Assembly: GCA_011170285.1 (NCBI GenBank)
Contig: DUEE01000014.1
Coordinates: forward strand, 42,024-106,023
Source: Dehalococcoidia bacterium
GTDB taxonomy: Bacteria > Chloroflexota > Dehalococcoidia > Dehalococcoidales > W498
Reading direction: 5' to 3'
DNA: 64,000 bases
The position numbers and the translations under genes were made by a program. A model generated the notes under the pieces. That model was not told where the DNA came from. It was given only the letters and a program-made list of their open reading frames with translations, and searched no databases. Positions 37,643-49,506 of the stretch are shown in pieces (position 1 is the stretch's first letter; each line of letters begins with the position of its first letter).

Positions 37643-38290
37643 ATGATTGAAGGTATTATTGGCAGAAAGCTGGGTATGACCCAGAAATTTAGAGACAATG
37701 GTAAGGCTGAGGCGGTAACCGCTATTGAAGCTGGTCCATGCATTGTAATACAGGTTAAGACTAAGGATAAAGAAGGCTATAGTGCAGTCCAGCTTGGATT
37801 TGGTGAAGCAAAACGGCTTAATTCTCCTCGGAAGGGGCATCTTAAGGGGCTGGGACAGTTTAAGTATCTTCGGGAGTTCAGGGTAAGTGCTAGTGAAGCT
37901 ATTGAGGTAGGGGAGACGGTTGATATTAGCCTTTTTAAGATGGGCGACCGAGTGGATATTACCGGGGTGTCAAAAGGTAAGGGCTTTACTGGTGTAGTAA
38001 AACGTCATCGTTTTGCCGGCGGTCCCAAAACACATGGGCAGTCAGACCGACACCGTGCTCCAGGTTCTATAGGGGCTACTACCTCTCCGGGTAGAGTTTT
38101 CAAAGGGATGCGTATGGCAGGACATATGGGGGATAGCCGGGTGACGATACGCCATCTGGAGGTGTTTGAAGCGGATCTTGCCCGTAATCTATTGCTGGTT
38201 AGGGGAGCCGTACCTGGGGGCAGGAATGGGCTATTACTAATAAGGAAATCAGGTGGAGGTAAACAAGAAAGTGCAAGTTCCAGTTTATAA
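37643..38290 (+). CDS. rplC: 50S ribosomal protein L3
   Basis: KLGMTQ, SKGKGF, HRAPGSIG. Confidence 0.97.
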   Translation: MIEGIIGRKLGMTQKFRDNGKAEAVTAIEAGPCIVIQVKTKDKEGYSAVQLGFGEAKRLNSPRKGHLKGLGQFKYLREFRVSASEAIEVGETVDISLFKMGDRVDITGVSKGKGFTGVVKRHRFAGGPKTHGQSDRHRAPGSIGATTSPGRVFKGMRMAGHMGDSRVTIRHLEVFEADLARNLLLVRGAVPGGRNGLLLIRKSGGGKQESASSSL

Positions 38291-38954
38291 CCTTGTCGGA
38301 GAGGTGGCGACACATATTGAAATAAGTGATGAAGTGTTTGGCGTGTCATTTAATGAGGCGGTAGTGCACCAGGCAATGGTAAGGCAGCGGGCGAATGCTC
38401 GTCAGGGAACGGCTGATACAAAAACTCGGGGCGAGGTCTCTGGTAGTAAGGGGAAGTTGTTTCGGCAAAAACACACCGGGCTAGCTCGGGCTGGCAGCAA
38501 GAGGTCACCACTGCGCCGGGGAGGGGGTATCACCTTTGGTCCTCACCCCAGAAGTTACCGGCAAGCCATGCCTAAAAGGATGCGCCAACTAGCTCTAAGG
38601 TGTGTCCTATCGGCGAAAGCTAGGGATGATGAGCTAAAGGTCTTGGAGAAGTTGGAACTTGAGACGACCAAAACTAAAGAAATGGTTCGGATTTTGACGG
38701 CATTGGGGGTGGATTCTTCGGCTCTTATCGTTACCGATGAGCCGGATGACAGTGTAGTTAAATCAAGCCGTAACCTAGTAGGGATTAAAACCTTGCCTGC
38801 CAGCTTACTCAATGTGCTTGACATCCTTTCCTATAAGGTGTTATTGATGACCGTGGATGCAGTGTGTAAAGCAGAACAGTTGTGGGGGAAGAAGTTATCA
38901 GAGGAGGGAAACAGTGCATCTCTACCAGGTGTTGCGCCGTCCATTACTAACTGA
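38271..38954 (+). CDS. rplD: 50S ribosomal protein L4
   Basis: RQGTADTKTRGEV, GGGITFGP; GTG start at 38271. Confidence 0.95.
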   Translation: MQVPVYNLVGEVATHIEISDEVFGVSFNEAVVHQAMVRQRANARQGTADTKTRGEVSGSKGKLFRQKHTGLARAGSKRSPLRRGGGITFGPHPRSYRQAMPKRMRQLALRCVLSAKARDDELKVLEKLELETTKTKEMVRILTALGVDSSALIVTDEPDDSVVKSSRNLVGIKTLPASLLNVLDILSYKVLLMTVDAVCKAEQLWGKKLSEEGNSASLPGVAPSITN

Positions 38955-39198
38955 GAAGAATACAGAGCTTCAAGCTCAAGGCAAGTATGCCTTTGAGGTA
39001 GCCAGGGAAGCTAATAAGCATCAGGTTAAACAGGCTGTGGAAAAGGTATTTAAGGTCGAGGTGGTCGCAGTTAATGTAATGACAGTGCCTGGTAAAACGC
39101 GGAGGATAGGTAGACGGCAGGTGTTGACCCAGTCCTGGAAAAAGGCAATTGTCACACTCAAGCCAGGAGATAGCATTAGACTTGTTGAGGGTGTTTAA
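38914..39198 (+). CDS. rplW: 50S ribosomal protein L23
   Basis: PLLTEK, WKKAIVTL; GTG start after GAGGAGG. Confidence 0.95.
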   Translation: MHLYQVLRRPLLTEKNTELQAQGKYAFEVAREANKHQVKQAVEKVFKVEVVAVNVMTVPGKTRRIGRRQVLTQSWKKAIVTLKPGDSIRLVEGV

Positions 39199-39231
39199 TA
39201 ATAAAAGGGGAAGCTTGAAGAAGGAGTCTGA

Positions 39232-40059
39232 ATGGCACTAAAGGTGTATCGTCCCACTTCTCCCGGTAGGCGGGGGATGATCGGCTCTACCTTTGAAGAA
39301 ATAACTAAAAGCGAGCCAGAGAAATCCCTACTCTTACCTCTTAAAAAGAAGGCAGGGCGTAATAGTCAAGGGAGAATAACAGTCCGCCACCGAGGTGGTG
39401 GGGCGAAGCGGATGCTCCGCGTACTAGATTTTAAGCGGGATAAAGTCGGCGTCCCTGGTAGGGTAGCGGCTGTTGAGTATGACCCTAACCGTTCGGCAAA
39501 TATTGCCCTTATATACTATGCTGATGGGGAAAAGCGCTATATCCTCGCCCCCTTAGGACTTAGTGTTGGAGATAGCATAAAGTCGGGTGAGGATGTTGAG
39601 GTAAAAGCAGGGAACACCTTACCCTTAAAGCTAATCCCGAGTGGCACCTTAATACATAATATTGAGTTAAACAGGGGTAGAGGTGGGCAGTTGGTACGTA
39701 GTGCCGGAGTCGCGGCTCAATTAGTGGTAAAGGAAGGCGAATATGCCCTGGTTCGGTTGCCTTCCGGTGAGGTGCGGCGTATTCGTAGTGAATGTTTGGC
39801 TACTATTGGTCAAGTAGGAAATGTGGACCATCAGAGTATGAAATTGGGCAAGGCAGGTCGTACACGGTGGCTAGGCTGGCGACCTACGGTAAGAGGTTCA
39901 GCTATGAATCCGCGTGATCACCCTCATGGGGGGGGAGAGGGCAGGAGCCCGATAGGTAAACCTGGGCCTAAAACGCCATGGGGTAAGCCAGCTTTGGGCT
40001 ATAGAACTCGCAAGGTAAAGGCTTCGGATAAAATGATTGTTAAACGCCGAGGCAAGTAA
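39232..40059 (+). CDS. rplB: 50S ribosomal protein L2
   Basis: [21 protein letters not shown]. Confidence 0.97.
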   Translation: MALKVYRPTSPGRRGMIGSTFEEITKSEPEKSLLLPLKKKAGRNSQGRITVRHRGGGAKRMLRVLDFKRDKVGVPGRVAAVEYDPNRSANIALIYYADGEKRYILAPLGLSVGDSIKSGEDVEVKAGNTLPLKLIPSGTLIHNIELNRGRGGQLVRSAGVAAQLVVKEGEYALVRLPSGEVRRIRSECLATIGQVGNVDHQSMKLGKAGRTRWLGWRPTVRGSAMNPRDHPHGGGEGRSPIGKPGPKTPWGKPALGYRTRKVKASDKMIVKRRGK

Positions 40060-40078
40060 GCAGATGAAGGGGAGCTAA

Positions 40079-40372
40079 ATGTCAAGGTCAACCAAGAAAG
40101 GTCCAGCCATTGATGCTAAACTACTGAAGAAGGTAGAGGCGCTTAATCGCTCTGGTCAAAAGGCGGTAATAAAAACTTGGTCACGCTGGTCTACCATCGT
40201 GCCCGATATGGTAGGGCTTACTATTGGGGTGCATGATGGCAGAAGGCATGTGCCTATCTTTGTCACCGAAAATATGGTGGGGCATAAGCTAGGTGAGTTT
40301 GCTTTAACTCGAACCTTTAGGGGGCACGTCTCTAGGGCGGAAAGAACTACTCAGATAAAAAAGGGGAAGTAG
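40079..40372 (+). CDS. rpsS: 30S ribosomal protein S19
   Basis: MVGHKLGEF. Confidence 0.97.
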   Translation: MSRSTKKGPAIDAKLLKKVEALNRSGQKAVIKTWSRWSTIVPDMVGLTIGVHDGRRHVPIFVTENMVGHKLGEFALTRTFRGHVSRAERTTQIKKGK

Positions 40373-40390
40373 ATTTAGGCAGGGAATAAA

Positions 40391-40729
40391 ATGCAGGTAA
40401 GGGCAGTAGACAAAGACATTGGTATATCACCTCGCAAAGTACGCCCACTAGTAGATATGGTTCGGGGCAAGAAGGTGGACGAGGCGCTAACCATACTTAG
40501 GTTGACACCGACACCAATAGCTCGGGTTGTAGCCAAGGTGGTGAAATCAGCAGCGGCTAATGCCGAGAACAACTTTCAGATGTCATCTTCGGATTTGAAG
40601 GTTGTTAGAATTTTTGCTGATGAGGCACGAACCTTGAAGAGATTTCGCCCGCGGGCTCGAGGACGTGTAAGCCCTATCCTTAAACGTTCTAGCCATATTA
40701 CAGTTATTGTTGCTGAGCAGGAGAGTTAA
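40391..40729 (+). CDS. rplV: 50S ribosomal protein L22
   Basis: SPRKVR, SAAANAENN, RARGR. Confidence 0.97.
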   Translation: MQVRAVDKDIGISPRKVRPLVDMVRGKKVDEALTILRLTPTPIARVVAKVVKSAAANAENNFQMSSSDLKVVRIFADEARTLKRFRPRARGRVSPILKRSSHITVIVAEQES

Positions 40730-41466
40730 TGGGACATAAAGTTCATCCTATAGGATTTAGAATTGGTTACATACGTGATTGGCAAGCAAAATGGTATGCC
40801 GATAAGCAGTATGTGGAGTTTTTGCACGAAGACATAAAGCTGCGGCAGGCTATCGGGTCTAGGTATACTGAAGCCGGTATCTCTCTGGTGGAGATTGAGC
40901 GTCAGGCAAATAAGGTCTCGGTAACCATCAATACTTCCCGCCCTGGAGTTGTTATTGGGCGAGGAGGACAGCGAGTTGATGAAATGAGGGTTTATCTTGA
41001 GGGACTTATTGGGAAGCCGGTTCAATTAAACATCCAGGAAATTCAACAGCCTGAGCTTGATGCTTGTTTAGTAGCAGGGTCAGTAGCCGAGCAGATTGGG
41101 CGCCGGGTCTCTTACCGCAGGGTAATGAAACAGACAATCTTTCGCACCATTCAGGCTGGGGCTAAGGGTGTAAAGCTCAGTTGTGCTGGTAGATTAGCTG
41201 GTGCCCAAATAGCTCGACGCCAGACTATGCATCAAGGGCAAGTCCCCTTGCATACCTTGCGGGCTGATATTGATTATGGATTTGCTGAAGCGTATACCGC
41301 CTTAGGTCGAATTGGGGTAAAGGTCTGGATATATAAGGGTGATATTCTTCCTGAACCTAAGGAGGTGGAAGTTGAGGAGAAGCAGGCTGAACCAGTAGTC
41401 GGTGAGGTGGTGGAGTCGGAGACCTCTACTGCTACGGAAGAAGGGGAAAAGGATGCTACAACCTAA
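40729..41466 (+). CDS. rpsC: 30S ribosomal protein S3
   Basis: [23 protein letters not shown]. Confidence 0.97.
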   Translation: MGHKVHPIGFRIGYIRDWQAKWYADKQYVEFLHEDIKLRQAIGSRYTEAGISLVEIERQANKVSVTINTSRPGVVIGRGGQRVDEMRVYLEGLIGKPVQLNIQEIQQPELDACLVAGSVAEQIGRRVSYRRVMKQTIFRTIQAGAKGVKLSCAGRLAGAQIARRQTMHQGQVPLHTLRADIDYGFAEAYTALGRIGVKVWIYKGDILPEPKEVEVEEKQAEPVVGEVVESETSTATEEGEKDATT

Positions 41467-41905
41467 GCGGGTGAAATACCGCAAAACCCATAAGGGACAC
41501 CGACGGGGTAGAGCCCAGGCGGGGCAGACAGTTGTTTTTGGAGATTTTGCTTTGCAGGCGCTAGAGTCTGCTTGGATCAATAATCGACAAATTGAAGCGG
41601 CACGGCGGGCTATGACTCGCTATGTTCGTCGTGGTGGTAAGGTGTGGATACGTATTTTCCCTAGCAAGCCGGTCACTAAAAAGCCAGCTGAGACCCGTAT
41701 GGGTGGAGGTAAGGGTTCTCCAGACCATTGGGTAGCTGTGGTCAAACCAGGGAGAATTCTATTTGAAATGGCTGGAGTTGAGGAGGGAGTGGCTAAAGGA
41801 GCGATGCGGCTTGCTTCATACAAGCTACCGATAGAAACTAAATTTGTGGTAAGGGAAGCTGGCGTAGGTACTGGCAGTGATTCTGGAAATGAGGAGTCGG
41901 CTTAA
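41453..41905 (+). CDS. rplP: 50S ribosomal protein L16
   Basis: [18 protein letters not shown]. Confidence 0.97.
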   Translation: MLQPKRVKYRKTHKGHRRGRAQAGQTVVFGDFALQALESAWINNRQIEAARRAMTRYVRRGGKVWIRIFPSKPVTKKPAETRMGGGKGSPDHWVAVVKPGRILFEMAGVEEGVAKGAMRLASYKLPIETKFVVREAGVGTGSDSGNEESA

Positions 41906-41906
41906 G

Positions 41907-42104
41907 TTGAAGGTTGAGGAAATTCGGGCTCTGAGCCTCAAAGAATTAGCAAAACAACTAGAGGAAGCTTATCAAGAGCTTTCTGACATTCGCTTTCGTT
42001 TGGCTACCAGGCAGTTGGTAAACCATCGCCAATTTAGAATGGTTAAAAAGAAGATTGCCAGGTTAAAAACCCTAATGAGAGAGAATGATCTAGGTATAAG
42101 GTAG
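41907..42104 (+). CDS. rpmC: 50S ribosomal protein L29
   Basis: TTG start; KKKIARLKT; position in the operon. Confidence 0.92.
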   Translation: MKVEEIRALSLKELAKQLEEAYQELSDIRFRLATRQLVNHRQFRMVKKKIARLKTLMRENDLGIR

Positions 42105-42111
42105 GTTTTTT

Positions 42112-42393
42112 ATGCAGGGGAAGCGTAAAACCAGGTTTGGTAGAGTAGTAAGTAACAGGATGGATAAGACGGTGGTTGTGGCGGTGGAAACGCCCAAGCG
42201 CCACCCACTATATAAGAAGACTGTCAAGAGAGTAGTTAAATATAAAGCTCATGATAAAAACAACGAGTGTAGACTGGAAGATATGGTCAGGATTGTAGAA
42301 ACCCGTCCTCTATCAAAAGATAAGCGATGGCGAGTAGCCGAGATAATAACCAAGGGAGACGCTGTAGAGGTTCAACCTAAGGAAATAACCTGA
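42112..42393 (+). CDS. rpsQ: 30S ribosomal protein S17
   Basis: [18 protein letters not shown]. Confidence 0.97.
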   Translation: MQGKRKTRFGRVVSNRMDKTVVVAVETPKRHPLYKKTVKRVVKYKAHDKNNECRLEDMVRIVETRPLSKDKRWRVAEIITKGDAVEVQPKEIT

Positions 42394-42412
42394 TTGGTTT
42401 CAGGATGGTGAT

Positions 42413-42781
42413 ATGATTCAACCCTATACTAGACTTAAGGCAGCCGATAATACTGGGGCTAAACAGCTTATGTGCATCGGTGTATTGGGTGGCACCAGGC
42501 GGAGATACGCCCGGGTCGGTGATATCATTGTTGCCTCAGTTAAACGGGCAAACCCGGGGGCAATGGTGAAGAAGGGAGACGTGGTCAGGGCGGTTATCAT
42601 TCGCTGCGCTCAGCCCCATCGGCGTCCTGATGGCTCTTATATTAGATTTGATGAAAATGCAGCGGTGATTCTTACTGATAAGAATAATCCTAGAGGAACG
42701 CGAATATTTGGACCAGTAGCCAGGGAGCTGAGGGAGAAAAATTTTACTAAGATTCTATCGCTAGCACCTGAAGTTTTGTGA
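42413..42781 (+). CDS. rplN: 50S ribosomal protein L14
   Basis: [22 protein letters not shown]. Confidence 0.97.
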   Translation: MIQPYTRLKAADNTGAKQLMCIGVLGGTRRRYARVGDIIVASVKRANPGAMVKKGDVVRAVIIRCAQPHRRPDGSYIRFDENAAVILTDKNNPRGTRIFGPVARELREKNFTKILSLAPEVL

Positions 42782-42788
42782 GAAAGTT

Positions 42789-43100
42789 ATGAAGATTAGA
42801 AAGAACGATACCGTGCTGGTTATCACCGGTAAGGATAAAGGTAAAAAGGGTAAGGTGCGCTTTGCTTACCCCAAGGATGAACGGCTGATAGTTGAAGGCA
42901 TTAGCTTTATTAAACGGCATACTAAAGCACGGGGAGCAGTTAGGCAGGCGGGTATGATAGAGATGGAAGCACCAATTCATGTGTCAGATGTTATGCTACT
43001 GTGTAGCAGGTGTAATCATCCTACCCGGGTTGGTTTCCGCTTTTTAGCCGATGGCAAGAGGGTTCGGTTCTGTCGCTCTTGTGGCGAGGTGATTGATTAA
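42789..43100 (+). CDS. rplX: 50S ribosomal protein L24 (with C-terminal CxxC pairs)
   Basis: KOW motif GKDKGKKG, EAPIHVS. Confidence 0.95.
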   Translation: MKIRKNDTVLVITGKDKGKKGKVRFAYPKDERLIVEGISFIKRHTKARGAVRQAGMIEMEAPIHVSDVMLLCSRCNHPTRVGFRFLADGKRVRFCRSCGEVID

Positions 43101-43643
43101 ATGTCTCGACTAAAGGAAAGGTATAGGAATGAGATTATTCCCAAGCTGATGGAGCTTTATGGGTATGAAAATGTAATGCAGGTACCACGTCTAGACAAGA
43201 TAGTGCTTAATATTGGATTAGGCGAGGCAATTGCCAATGCCAAGGCTCTCGAGGCAGCAGAGAGAGACCTGACCGTTATTTCAGGGCAGCACCCGGTGAT
43301 CACCCGTGCCAAGAAGCCTATTGCTACCTTTAGGTTGAGAACCGGGATGCCTATTGGGTTAAAGGTAACCCTGCGGGGAGAACGAATGTATGACTTTTTT
43401 GATAAATTACTAAACATTGTCTTACCCCGTATGCGTGAGTTTTATGGGCTTCCCAGAACTTCCTTTGATGGGCGAGGCAATTATACCTTAGGGCTTAAGG
43501 AGCAAATCGTCTTTCCTGAGGTAAATTATGATGAAATAGACAGGGTGCGGGGACTAGAGGTGTCAATTATCACTACGGCTAAAACGGATGAAGAGTGCAG
43601 GTATTTGCTGGAATTATTGGGTATACTTTTCATTAAGGATTGA
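43101..43643 (+). CDS. rplE: 50S ribosomal protein L5
   Basis: KVTLRG, FDGRGNY. Confidence 0.97.
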   Translation: MSRLKERYRNEIIPKLMELYGYENVMQVPRLDKIVLNIGLGEAIANAKALEAAERDLTVISGQHPVITRAKKPIATFRLRTGMPIGLKVTLRGERMYDFFDKLLNIVLPRMREFYGLPRTSFDGRGNYTLGLKEQIVFPEVNYDEIDRVRGLEVSIITTAKTDEECRYLLELLGILFIKD

Positions 43644-43657
43644 AATGAGGGATAGAG

Positions 43658-43843
43658 ATGGCTAAAAAGTCAGCAATTGTAAAGTCGCAACTTCCTGCCA
43701 AATATAGAGTGCAGCAGCATAATAGATGCTACTTATGTGGTCGACCGAGGGCTTATATGCGTAAGTTTGGCTTATGTCGTATTTGCTTTCGTAAGCTAGC
43801 TCTGGCTAGTCAAATTCCTGGGGTGAGGAAATCAAGCTGGTGA
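43658..43843 (+). CDS. rpsN: 30S ribosomal protein S14 type Z
   Basis: [16 protein letters not shown]. Confidence 0.96.
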   Translation: MAKKSAIVKSQLPAKYRVQQHNRCYLCGRPRAYMRKFGLCRICFRKLALASQIPGVRKSSW

Positions 43844-43849
43844 TTAGAT

Positions 43850-44248
43850 ATGCCTAATTCTGATCCAATAGCAGATATGCTAACGCGAATACGTAACGCC
43901 ATAATGGCAAGGCATGATTTCGTGCTGGTGCCAGCCTCAAAGATGGCGCTGTCTATTGCTAGAACCCTGAAAGAGGAAGGTTTTATTAGTGATTATGAGG
44001 TGCTCAGGGGTAAACCACACCGGGTAATCAAAATTTACCTCAAATTTGATGAGAATAATCTGACAGTTCTTTCTGGGTTAGAGCGAGTAAGTAAGCCTGG
44101 ACTAAGGATATATGTCCAGCGCAAAGAGATTCCTCGTGTTTTTGGCGGTTTGGGCATTGCTATTATGTCTACACCTAAAGGGGTGATGACAGGTCAGCAA
44201 GCCTGGCGCCAGGAGGTTGGTGGCGAACTTTTATGCTATATATGGTAA
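43850..44248 (+). CDS. rpsH: 30S ribosomal protein S8
   Basis: [18 protein letters not shown]. Confidence 0.97.
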   Translation: MPNSDPIADMLTRIRNAIMARHDFVLVPASKMALSIARTLKEEGFISDYEVLRGKPHRVIKIYLKFDENNLTVLSGLERVSKPGLRIYVQRKEIPRVFGGLGIAIMSTPKGVMTGQQAWRQEVGGELLCYIW

Positions 44249-44269
44249 ACCAGTGTTGAGGGGATAATT

Positions 44270-44824
44270 ATGTCTAGAGTAGGGCGAATGCCTATACCGG
44301 TGCCAAAGGGTGTGGCAGTGGTTATTAACGAGGATGAGGTTATTGTAACCGGAACTAAAGGGGAACTTCGTCGTCGTTTCAACCCTGATATGTCTATTAC
44401 CCTACAAAACAGTAGCTTGGTTGTGTCGCGTCCTAGTGATAGTAAGGTGCATCGCTCCTTGCACGGATTGACACGAAGCCTTTTGGCTAACATGGTGGAC
44501 GGGGTAACAAGCGGCTTTGAGAAGGTTCTTGAAATTGTAGGTGTGGGCTATCGTGTTGAAAAAGAAGGTGATAAGCTGGTAATCCGTGTCGGGTATTCAC
44601 ATCTGGTGGAGGTATTACCGCTACCGGGTGTGGCCCTAGCTGTAGAAGGAGCCAACCGCATTAAGGTTACCGGTATTAACAAAGAAGTAGTTGGTGAGAT
44701 GGCAGCCCAAATTCGGGCTATTCGCCCCCCCGATGCCTATAAGGGTAAGGGGATTAGGTACGCTGGGGAATTAGTTCGCCTTAAAGCGGGTAAGGCGGGT
44801 AAAGCTATAGGCAAGAGGAAATAA
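44270..44824 (+). CDS. rplF: 50S ribosomal protein L6
   Basis: [17 protein letters not shown]. Confidence 0.97.
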   Translation: MSRVGRMPIPVPKGVAVVINEDEVIVTGTKGELRRRFNPDMSITLQNSSLVVSRPSDSKVHRSLHGLTRSLLANMVDGVTSGFEKVLEIVGVGYRVEKEGDKLVIRVGYSHLVEVLPLPGVALAVEGANRIKVTGINKEVVGEMAAQIRAIRPPDAYKGKGIRYAGELVRLKAGKAGKAIGKRK

Positions 44825-45189
44825 TGGGAAAAGGTGGACCAAGGATAGCTCGTTACCGGAGACACGCTCGGGTCAGAGCCAAGGTAAAGGGCACAGCCCC
44901 CAGACCCCGGCTGTGTGTTTTCCGTAGCTTGAACCATATTTACGCTCAGGTTATTGATGACTTAAAAGGGCACACCCTGATCTCGGTATCAACCCTTGAC
45001 CCTGAAATAAAGGGCGAGGTAGCAGGCAAAGTAAAGACGGTTAAGGCTGGACTTATCGGTTCTCTGTTAGCTAAACGAGCCCAAAGCAAAGGGATAAATC
45101 AGGTAGTTTTTGACCGTGGTGGCTACAAATATCATGGCAGGGTTAAAGCTCTGGCTGAGGCAGCCCGTCAAGCCGGATTAAAATTTTAA
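44824..45189 (+). CDS. rplR: 50S ribosomal protein L18
   Basis: [21 protein letters not shown]. Confidence 0.97.
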   Translation: MGKGGPRIARYRRHARVRAKVKGTAPRPRLCVFRSLNHIYAQVIDDLKGHTLISVSTLDPEIKGEVAGKVKTVKAGLIGSLLAKRAQSKGINQVVFDRGGYKYHGRVKALAEAARQAGLKF

Positions 45190-45197
45190 AGCAGGAG

Positions 45198-45725
45198 TTG
45201 AGGTTGATAAACAAGCTTAAGATAGACCCAACAGAATTGGTGCTGAACGACAAGCTGATCTATATAAACCGTGTGGCTAAGGTAGTGAAGGGAGGCAAAC
45301 GCCTTAGTTTTAGCGCCTTGGTGGTAACTGGGGACGGTAATGGGCATGTAGGTATTGGGGTTGGTAAGGCTAATGAGGTGCCAGGAGCGATTAATAAGGC
45401 TGGAGTTATCGCTAAAAAGGATTTGATTGAAGTAGCGTTAGCTGGTACTACTATTCCCTATAAAATAAGAGCTAGGTTTAGTGCTGCCGAGGTCTTGCTA
45501 AAACCAGCAGCACCAGGTACTGGTGTTGTTGCTGGTGGTAGCATCCGAGCTGTGCTTGAGGCAGCCGGAATTAAAGATATTTTAACTAAATCGCTGGGTA
45601 GCTCTAATCGCGTTAATATGGCTAAGGCAGCGATGCTTGCCCTTAGCCAGCTTAAGGACCCGAAACAGGAGTTAGCCAGACGCAAATCAGATTTTAAGGT
45701 TAAGACTGAAGTGGAAGAGGGGTAG
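45198..45725 (+). CDS. rpsE: 30S ribosomal protein S5
   Basis: [17 protein letters not shown]. Confidence 0.97.
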   Translation: MRLINKLKIDPTELVLNDKLIYINRVAKVVKGGKRLSFSALVVTGDGNGHVGIGVGKANEVPGAINKAGVIAKKDLIEVALAGTTIPYKIRARFSAAEVLLKPAAPGTGVVAGGSIRAVLEAAGIKDILTKSLGSSNRVNMAKAAMLALSQLKDPKQELARRKSDFKVKTEVEEG

Positions 45726-45750
45726 CCCTGTTTTAAGGAGGCGCTAACCA

Positions 45751-45933
45751 GTGGCTAATCTACATATTATCTTGGTGAAAAGTGGCATTGGCTATGCTGA
45801 TGACCAGAGGAAAACTTTAAAGGCTCTTGGGCTTCGTCGGCTAAACCAGAGTGTCAGCCATGAAGATACCGCCTCAATTCGGGGTATGATTAATAAGGTG
45901 AGGCATTTAGTTGAAGTGGAGGAGGAAAGCTAG
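45751..45933 (+). CDS. rpmD: 50S ribosomal protein L30
   Basis: [17 protein letters not shown]. Confidence 0.95.
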   Translation: MANLHIILVKSGIGYADDQRKTLKALGLRRLNQSVSHEDTASIRGMINKVRHLVEVEEES

Positions 45934-46397
45934 TGCGACAGAATGAACTTTCCCCCGCCTCTGGCTCCAGGAAGAGTCGGAAGCGGGTAGGTCGGGGGGA
46001 TGGCAGTGGACGCGGTACCTATTCTGGGCGTGGCAGTAAGGGGCAAAAGTCCCGTTCTGGTTATAGGATGCGCCCGGGATTTGAAGGTGGGCAATTACCC
46101 TTAATTAAGCGCTTGCCCCGAAAGCGTGGATTTGTCAACATCTTTAGGGTAGAGTATAGCGTTGTTAATTTAAATAAGCTTAATATCTTTGAGCCCGGAA
46201 GTGAGGTAACGCCAGAAGGATTGGTAGCGGCTGGGCTGGTAAAATCTCTACGGCATCCGATTAAGATTCTAGCTGAGGGGGATATTAATCATCCCCTTAT
46301 TGTAAGGGCAAACAAATTCTCGGCGGTGGCTAAAGCCAAGATTGAGGCTGCCGGGGGCAAGGTGGAGGAGATTGACTATGCGACCAAGGCAAGCTAG
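45933..46397 (+). CDS. rplO: 50S ribosomal protein L15
   Basis: [14 protein letters not shown]. Confidence 0.97.
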   Translation: MRQNELSPASGSRKSRKRVGRGDGSGRGTYSGRGSKGQKSRSGYRMRPGFEGGQLPLIKRLPRKRGFVNIFRVEYSVVNLNKLNIFEPGSEVTPEGLVAAGLVKSLRHPIKILAEGDINHPLIVRANKFSAVAKAKIEAAGGKVEEIDYATKAS

Positions 46398-47697
46398 GCC
46401 ACGACTCCTTCAGGCTATGCTTGACGCCTTCAGCTTACCCGACCTGAGGCGTCGGATTCTCCTTACCCTGGGTATCCTGGTGGTCTTCCGTTTCGTGGCT
46501 CATGTGCCTCTCCCCGGGGTAGATCCTGAGGCCCTGCAACAGGTATTTGAGAAGGTCCCTATGCTGGGTATGCTTGACATGTTTAGTGGTGGTGCCTTAA
46601 GGCGGCTTAGTGTAGCCGCTATGGGGGTTTATCCCTACATAACATCTTCAATTATTATGCAGCTACTGGTGCCTATTGTGCCGCGGTTAAGAGCTCTTTC
46701 CCAGGAGGGAGAGGCTGGGAGGAATACCATTAATCGGATTACCCATTGGGCGGTGGTTCCCTTGGCTGGTCTTCAGGGTTATGGTCAGTTAATCTGGCTC
46801 CAGCGTGAGGGTGTGGTTGGTGGTGCTGCCGCGCTACCGATGGCAACTATGGTCATATCAATGATAGCTGGTACCATGTTCTGTATCTGGCTAGGTGAGC
46901 TTATTACTGAATACGGAATTGGCAATGGTATATCTATAATAATCTTTGGTGGTATTGTGGCCGGTTTCTGGGAAACGGCTGGTCAGGGCGGCATTGAGGC
47001 GGCAACAAATCTTGGCGGCTTGATGATATATCTCCTCATAGCCTTAGCCACCGTTGTCTTCATAGTTATTTTTACGGAGGCTCACCGCCGTATCCCGGTT
47101 CAATATGCCCGTAGCGTGGTTCGCGGTGGTCGTATGTATAAACAATCAGGCTCAACCCACATCCCACTGCGAGTAAACACAGCGGGAATGATACCTCTCA
47201 TCTTTGCTATGTCGCTGATGCTGTTTCCTGGTATTATAGCTAGTTATTTTGCCAATCCCGCCGGAGCTGACCCCAATTTGGCTAATCATATTATGAGCCT
47301 GTTTAATCCTAATGCGATGTTACCTATGGGCTTATTTTACTGGGGAATGTTTTTTGTGATGGTGATTGCCTTTGCCTTCTTTTATACTATGGTGATTTTT
47401 GAGCAGCAGGATTTACCCGGTGTTTTACAGCGGCAGGGGGGATTTGTCCCTGGGATTCAACCAGGGAAACACACCGCTAATTACCTTAATCAGGTCATTA
47501 GCCGTATTACCTGGGGAGGTGCTCTTTTCTTAGCCTTGGTGGCGATAATGCCATTCGCCGCTCGAGAGATTGGCAATGTTCAGGTAATCCAGCTATCTAG
47601 CATGGGTTTGCTTATTGTGGTTGGTGTTGCTTTGGATACTATGAAGCAGGTGGAGTCGCAACTGGTAATGCGGCGCTATGAGGGCTTTATTAAATAA
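46378..47697 (+). CDS. secY: preprotein translocase SecY
   Basis: [27 protein letters not shown]; hydrophobic; ATG after GGAGGAG. Confidence 0.97.
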   Translation: MRPRQARPRLLQAMLDAFSLPDLRRRILLTLGILVVFRFVAHVPLPGVDPEALQQVFEKVPMLGMLDMFSGGALRRLSVAAMGVYPYITSSIIMQLLVPIVPRLRALSQEGEAGRNTINRITHWAVVPLAGLQGYGQLIWLQREGVVGGAAALPMATMVISMIAGTMFCIWLGELITEYGIGNGISIIIFGGIVAGFWETAGQGGIEAATNLGGLMIYLLIALATVVFIVIFTEAHRRIPVQYARSVVRGGRMYKQSGSTHIPLRVNTAGMIPLIFAMSLMLFPGIIASYFANPAGADPNLANHIMSLFNPNAMLPMGLFYWGMFFVMVIAFAFFYTMVIFEQQDLPGVLQRQGGFVPGIQPGKHTANYLNQVISRITWGGALFLALVAIMPFAAREIGNVQVIQLSSMGLLIVVGVALDTMKQVESQLVMRRYEGFIK

Positions 47698-47705
47698 GGT
47701 GAAAG

Positions 47706-48368
47706 GTGTATATTGTTTTTCTAGGTGCCCCTGGTGCGGGTAAAGGAACTCAGGCAGCTACTGTAGCTCAGGAGCTGAAATTAGTACATATCGCTTCTGG
47801 AGACCTGTTTAGGCAGGCAATAGAGCAAGGCACTGAGTTAGGATTGAGAGCCAAGTCTTATATGGAAAGGGGAATACTGGTACCTGACTCAATTTCGATA
47901 GGAATGGTTTTGGGGCGTATATCGGCTCCGGATTGTGAAGGTGGGGTAATCCTTGATGGTTTTCCCCGCAATCTCAAGCAGGCTGAGGCACTGGATGAAA
48001 TCCTAGCCAAACAGGCTAAAACTATAGATAGGGCGGTATATATTCTGGTCTCTGAACGGGAGCTGCTAATGCGACTTAGCCGGCGCTGGATTTGTCGTAA
48101 TTGTCAGACACCGTATCATACCATAAACTCCCCGCCTAAGGTTTGGGGTAAGTGTGACCGGTGCGGCGGTGAGCTATATCAGCGCCCTGATGATACCGTT
48201 GACAAAGCTAAAAAGCGGCTTGAGGTTTACTTGAATGAGACGGCTCCTCTCATTGATTATTATGCTGGGGCAGGTAAGCTATTGGAGGTAGATGGGGAGG
48301 GAAGTATAGATGAGGTGAGTTGGAGAATCATCACCGCCCTTGGTAAAGGCGAGTTTATTGCTAGGTGA
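47706..48368 (+). CDS. adk: adenylate kinase (zinc LID)
   Basis: GAPGAGKGT, LDGFPR, CRNC/CDRC. Confidence 0.97.
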   Translation: MYIVFLGAPGAGKGTQAATVAQELKLVHIASGDLFRQAIEQGTELGLRAKSYMERGILVPDSISIGMVLGRISAPDCEGGVILDGFPRNLKQAEALDEILAKQAKTIDRAVYILVSERELLMRLSRRWICRNCQTPYHTINSPPKVWGKCDRCGGELYQRPDDTVDKAKKRLEVYLNETAPLIDYYAGAGKLLEVDGEGSIDEVSWRIITALGKGEFIAR

Positions 48369-48372
48369 GTAT

Positions 48373-49122
48373 ATGAGTATAATTATCAAATCTGATAGAG
48401 AGATTGCTGTTATGCGGCAGGCAGGTAGAATTGTGGCCACTGTACTGGAACTGCTTAAGGGGCAACTGAGACCAGGGATGAAAACTAAGGAGTTAGATGT
48501 TATTGCGGTTAGAGAGCTAGAAAAGCTGGGAGCCAAGTCTTCATCTAAAGGATACCATGGCTTCCCAGCTAATATCTGCATATCTGTGAATGATGAGATA
48601 GTACACGGAATTCCAGGGGAACGGATATTATATGAGGGTGACATTGTATCTCTTGACCTAGTAGCAAATATCAATGGTTTTCATGGTGACGCTGCGATAA
48701 CAGTAGGTATCGGTGAGGTTAGCCCACAGGCTAAAGAGCTTATGGAAACTACTGAAGGTGCCCTAAAGGTTGGCATTGCTGCTGCTTATCCCGGTGCCAG
48801 ATTAGGTGATATTTCGGCTACCATTCAGAATTATGCTGAGTCAAGGGGCTACTCAGTAGTCCGTGAGTATACCGGGCACGGTATTGGTCGAGAGATGCAT
48901 GAGGAACCTTCAATACCTAATTTTGGCCTACCAGGCTCGGGACCAGTGCTAAGAAAGGGTATGACCCTTGCCCTTGAACCTATGGTGAATATTGGTGACT
49001 GGCATACTAGGCTTGGAGATGACCGCTGGACGGTGTTTACCGCTGATGGGGGTCTCTCGGCTCACTTTGAAAATACCATTGCCATTACTAATGCTGGACC
49101 AGAGGTACTTACCACTGTGTAA
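48373..49122 (+). CDS. map: methionine aminopeptidase type I
   Basis: SVNDEIVHGIP, GHGIG, EPM, SAHFE. Confidence 0.96.
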   Translation: MSIIIKSDREIAVMRQAGRIVATVLELLKGQLRPGMKTKELDVIAVRELEKLGAKSSSKGYHGFPANICISVNDEIVHGIPGERILYEGDIVSLDLVANINGFHGDAAITVGIGEVSPQAKELMETTEGALKVGIAAAYPGARLGDISATIQNYAESRGYSVVREYTGHGIGREMHEEPSIPNFGLPGSGPVLRKGMTLALEPMVNIGDWHTRLGDDRWTVFTADGGLSAHFENTIAITNAGPEVLTTV

Positions 49123-49134
49123 AGAAGAAGGTTT

Positions 49135-49353
49135 ATGACTAAGAAGGAAACCATTGAAGTAGAGGGGACAGTAGTTGAACCTTTGCCTAATGCCATGTTT
49201 CGTGTTGAGTTACCCACTGGGCATAAGGTATTAGCTCACATTTCGGGGAAGATAAGATTGCATTATATTAAAATTTTATCCGGTGACAAGGTGCTGATAG
49301 AGCTTTCCCCCTATGACCTGAGTCGAGGGAGGATTACATATCGGTTTAAATAG
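49135..49353 (+). CDS. infA: translation initiation factor IF-1
   Basis: [18 protein letters not shown]. Confidence 0.97.
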   Translation: MTKKETIEVEGTVVEPLPNAMFRVELPTGHKVLAHISGKIRLHYIKILSGDKVLIELSPYDLSRGRITYRFK

Positions 49354-49365
49354 AGAGGGCTAATT

Positions 49366-49479
49366 ATGAAGGTGAAAGCTTCGGTTAAGGTTAGATGCGA
49401 AAAATGCAAGGTGGTAAGGCGGCACGGGGTGATTAGGATTATTTGTTCCAACCCTAGGCACAAGCAGCGACAAGGCTAA
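49366..49479 (+). CDS. rpmJ: 50S ribosomal protein L36 (below the ORF-track size cutoff)
   Basis: Manual translation [37 protein letters not shown]. Confidence 0.96.
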   Translation: MKVKASVKVRCEKCKVVRRHGVIRIICSNPRHKQRQG

Positions 49480-49506
49480 ATTTTTCTTATTAGTAAGGAG
49501 GACTAG

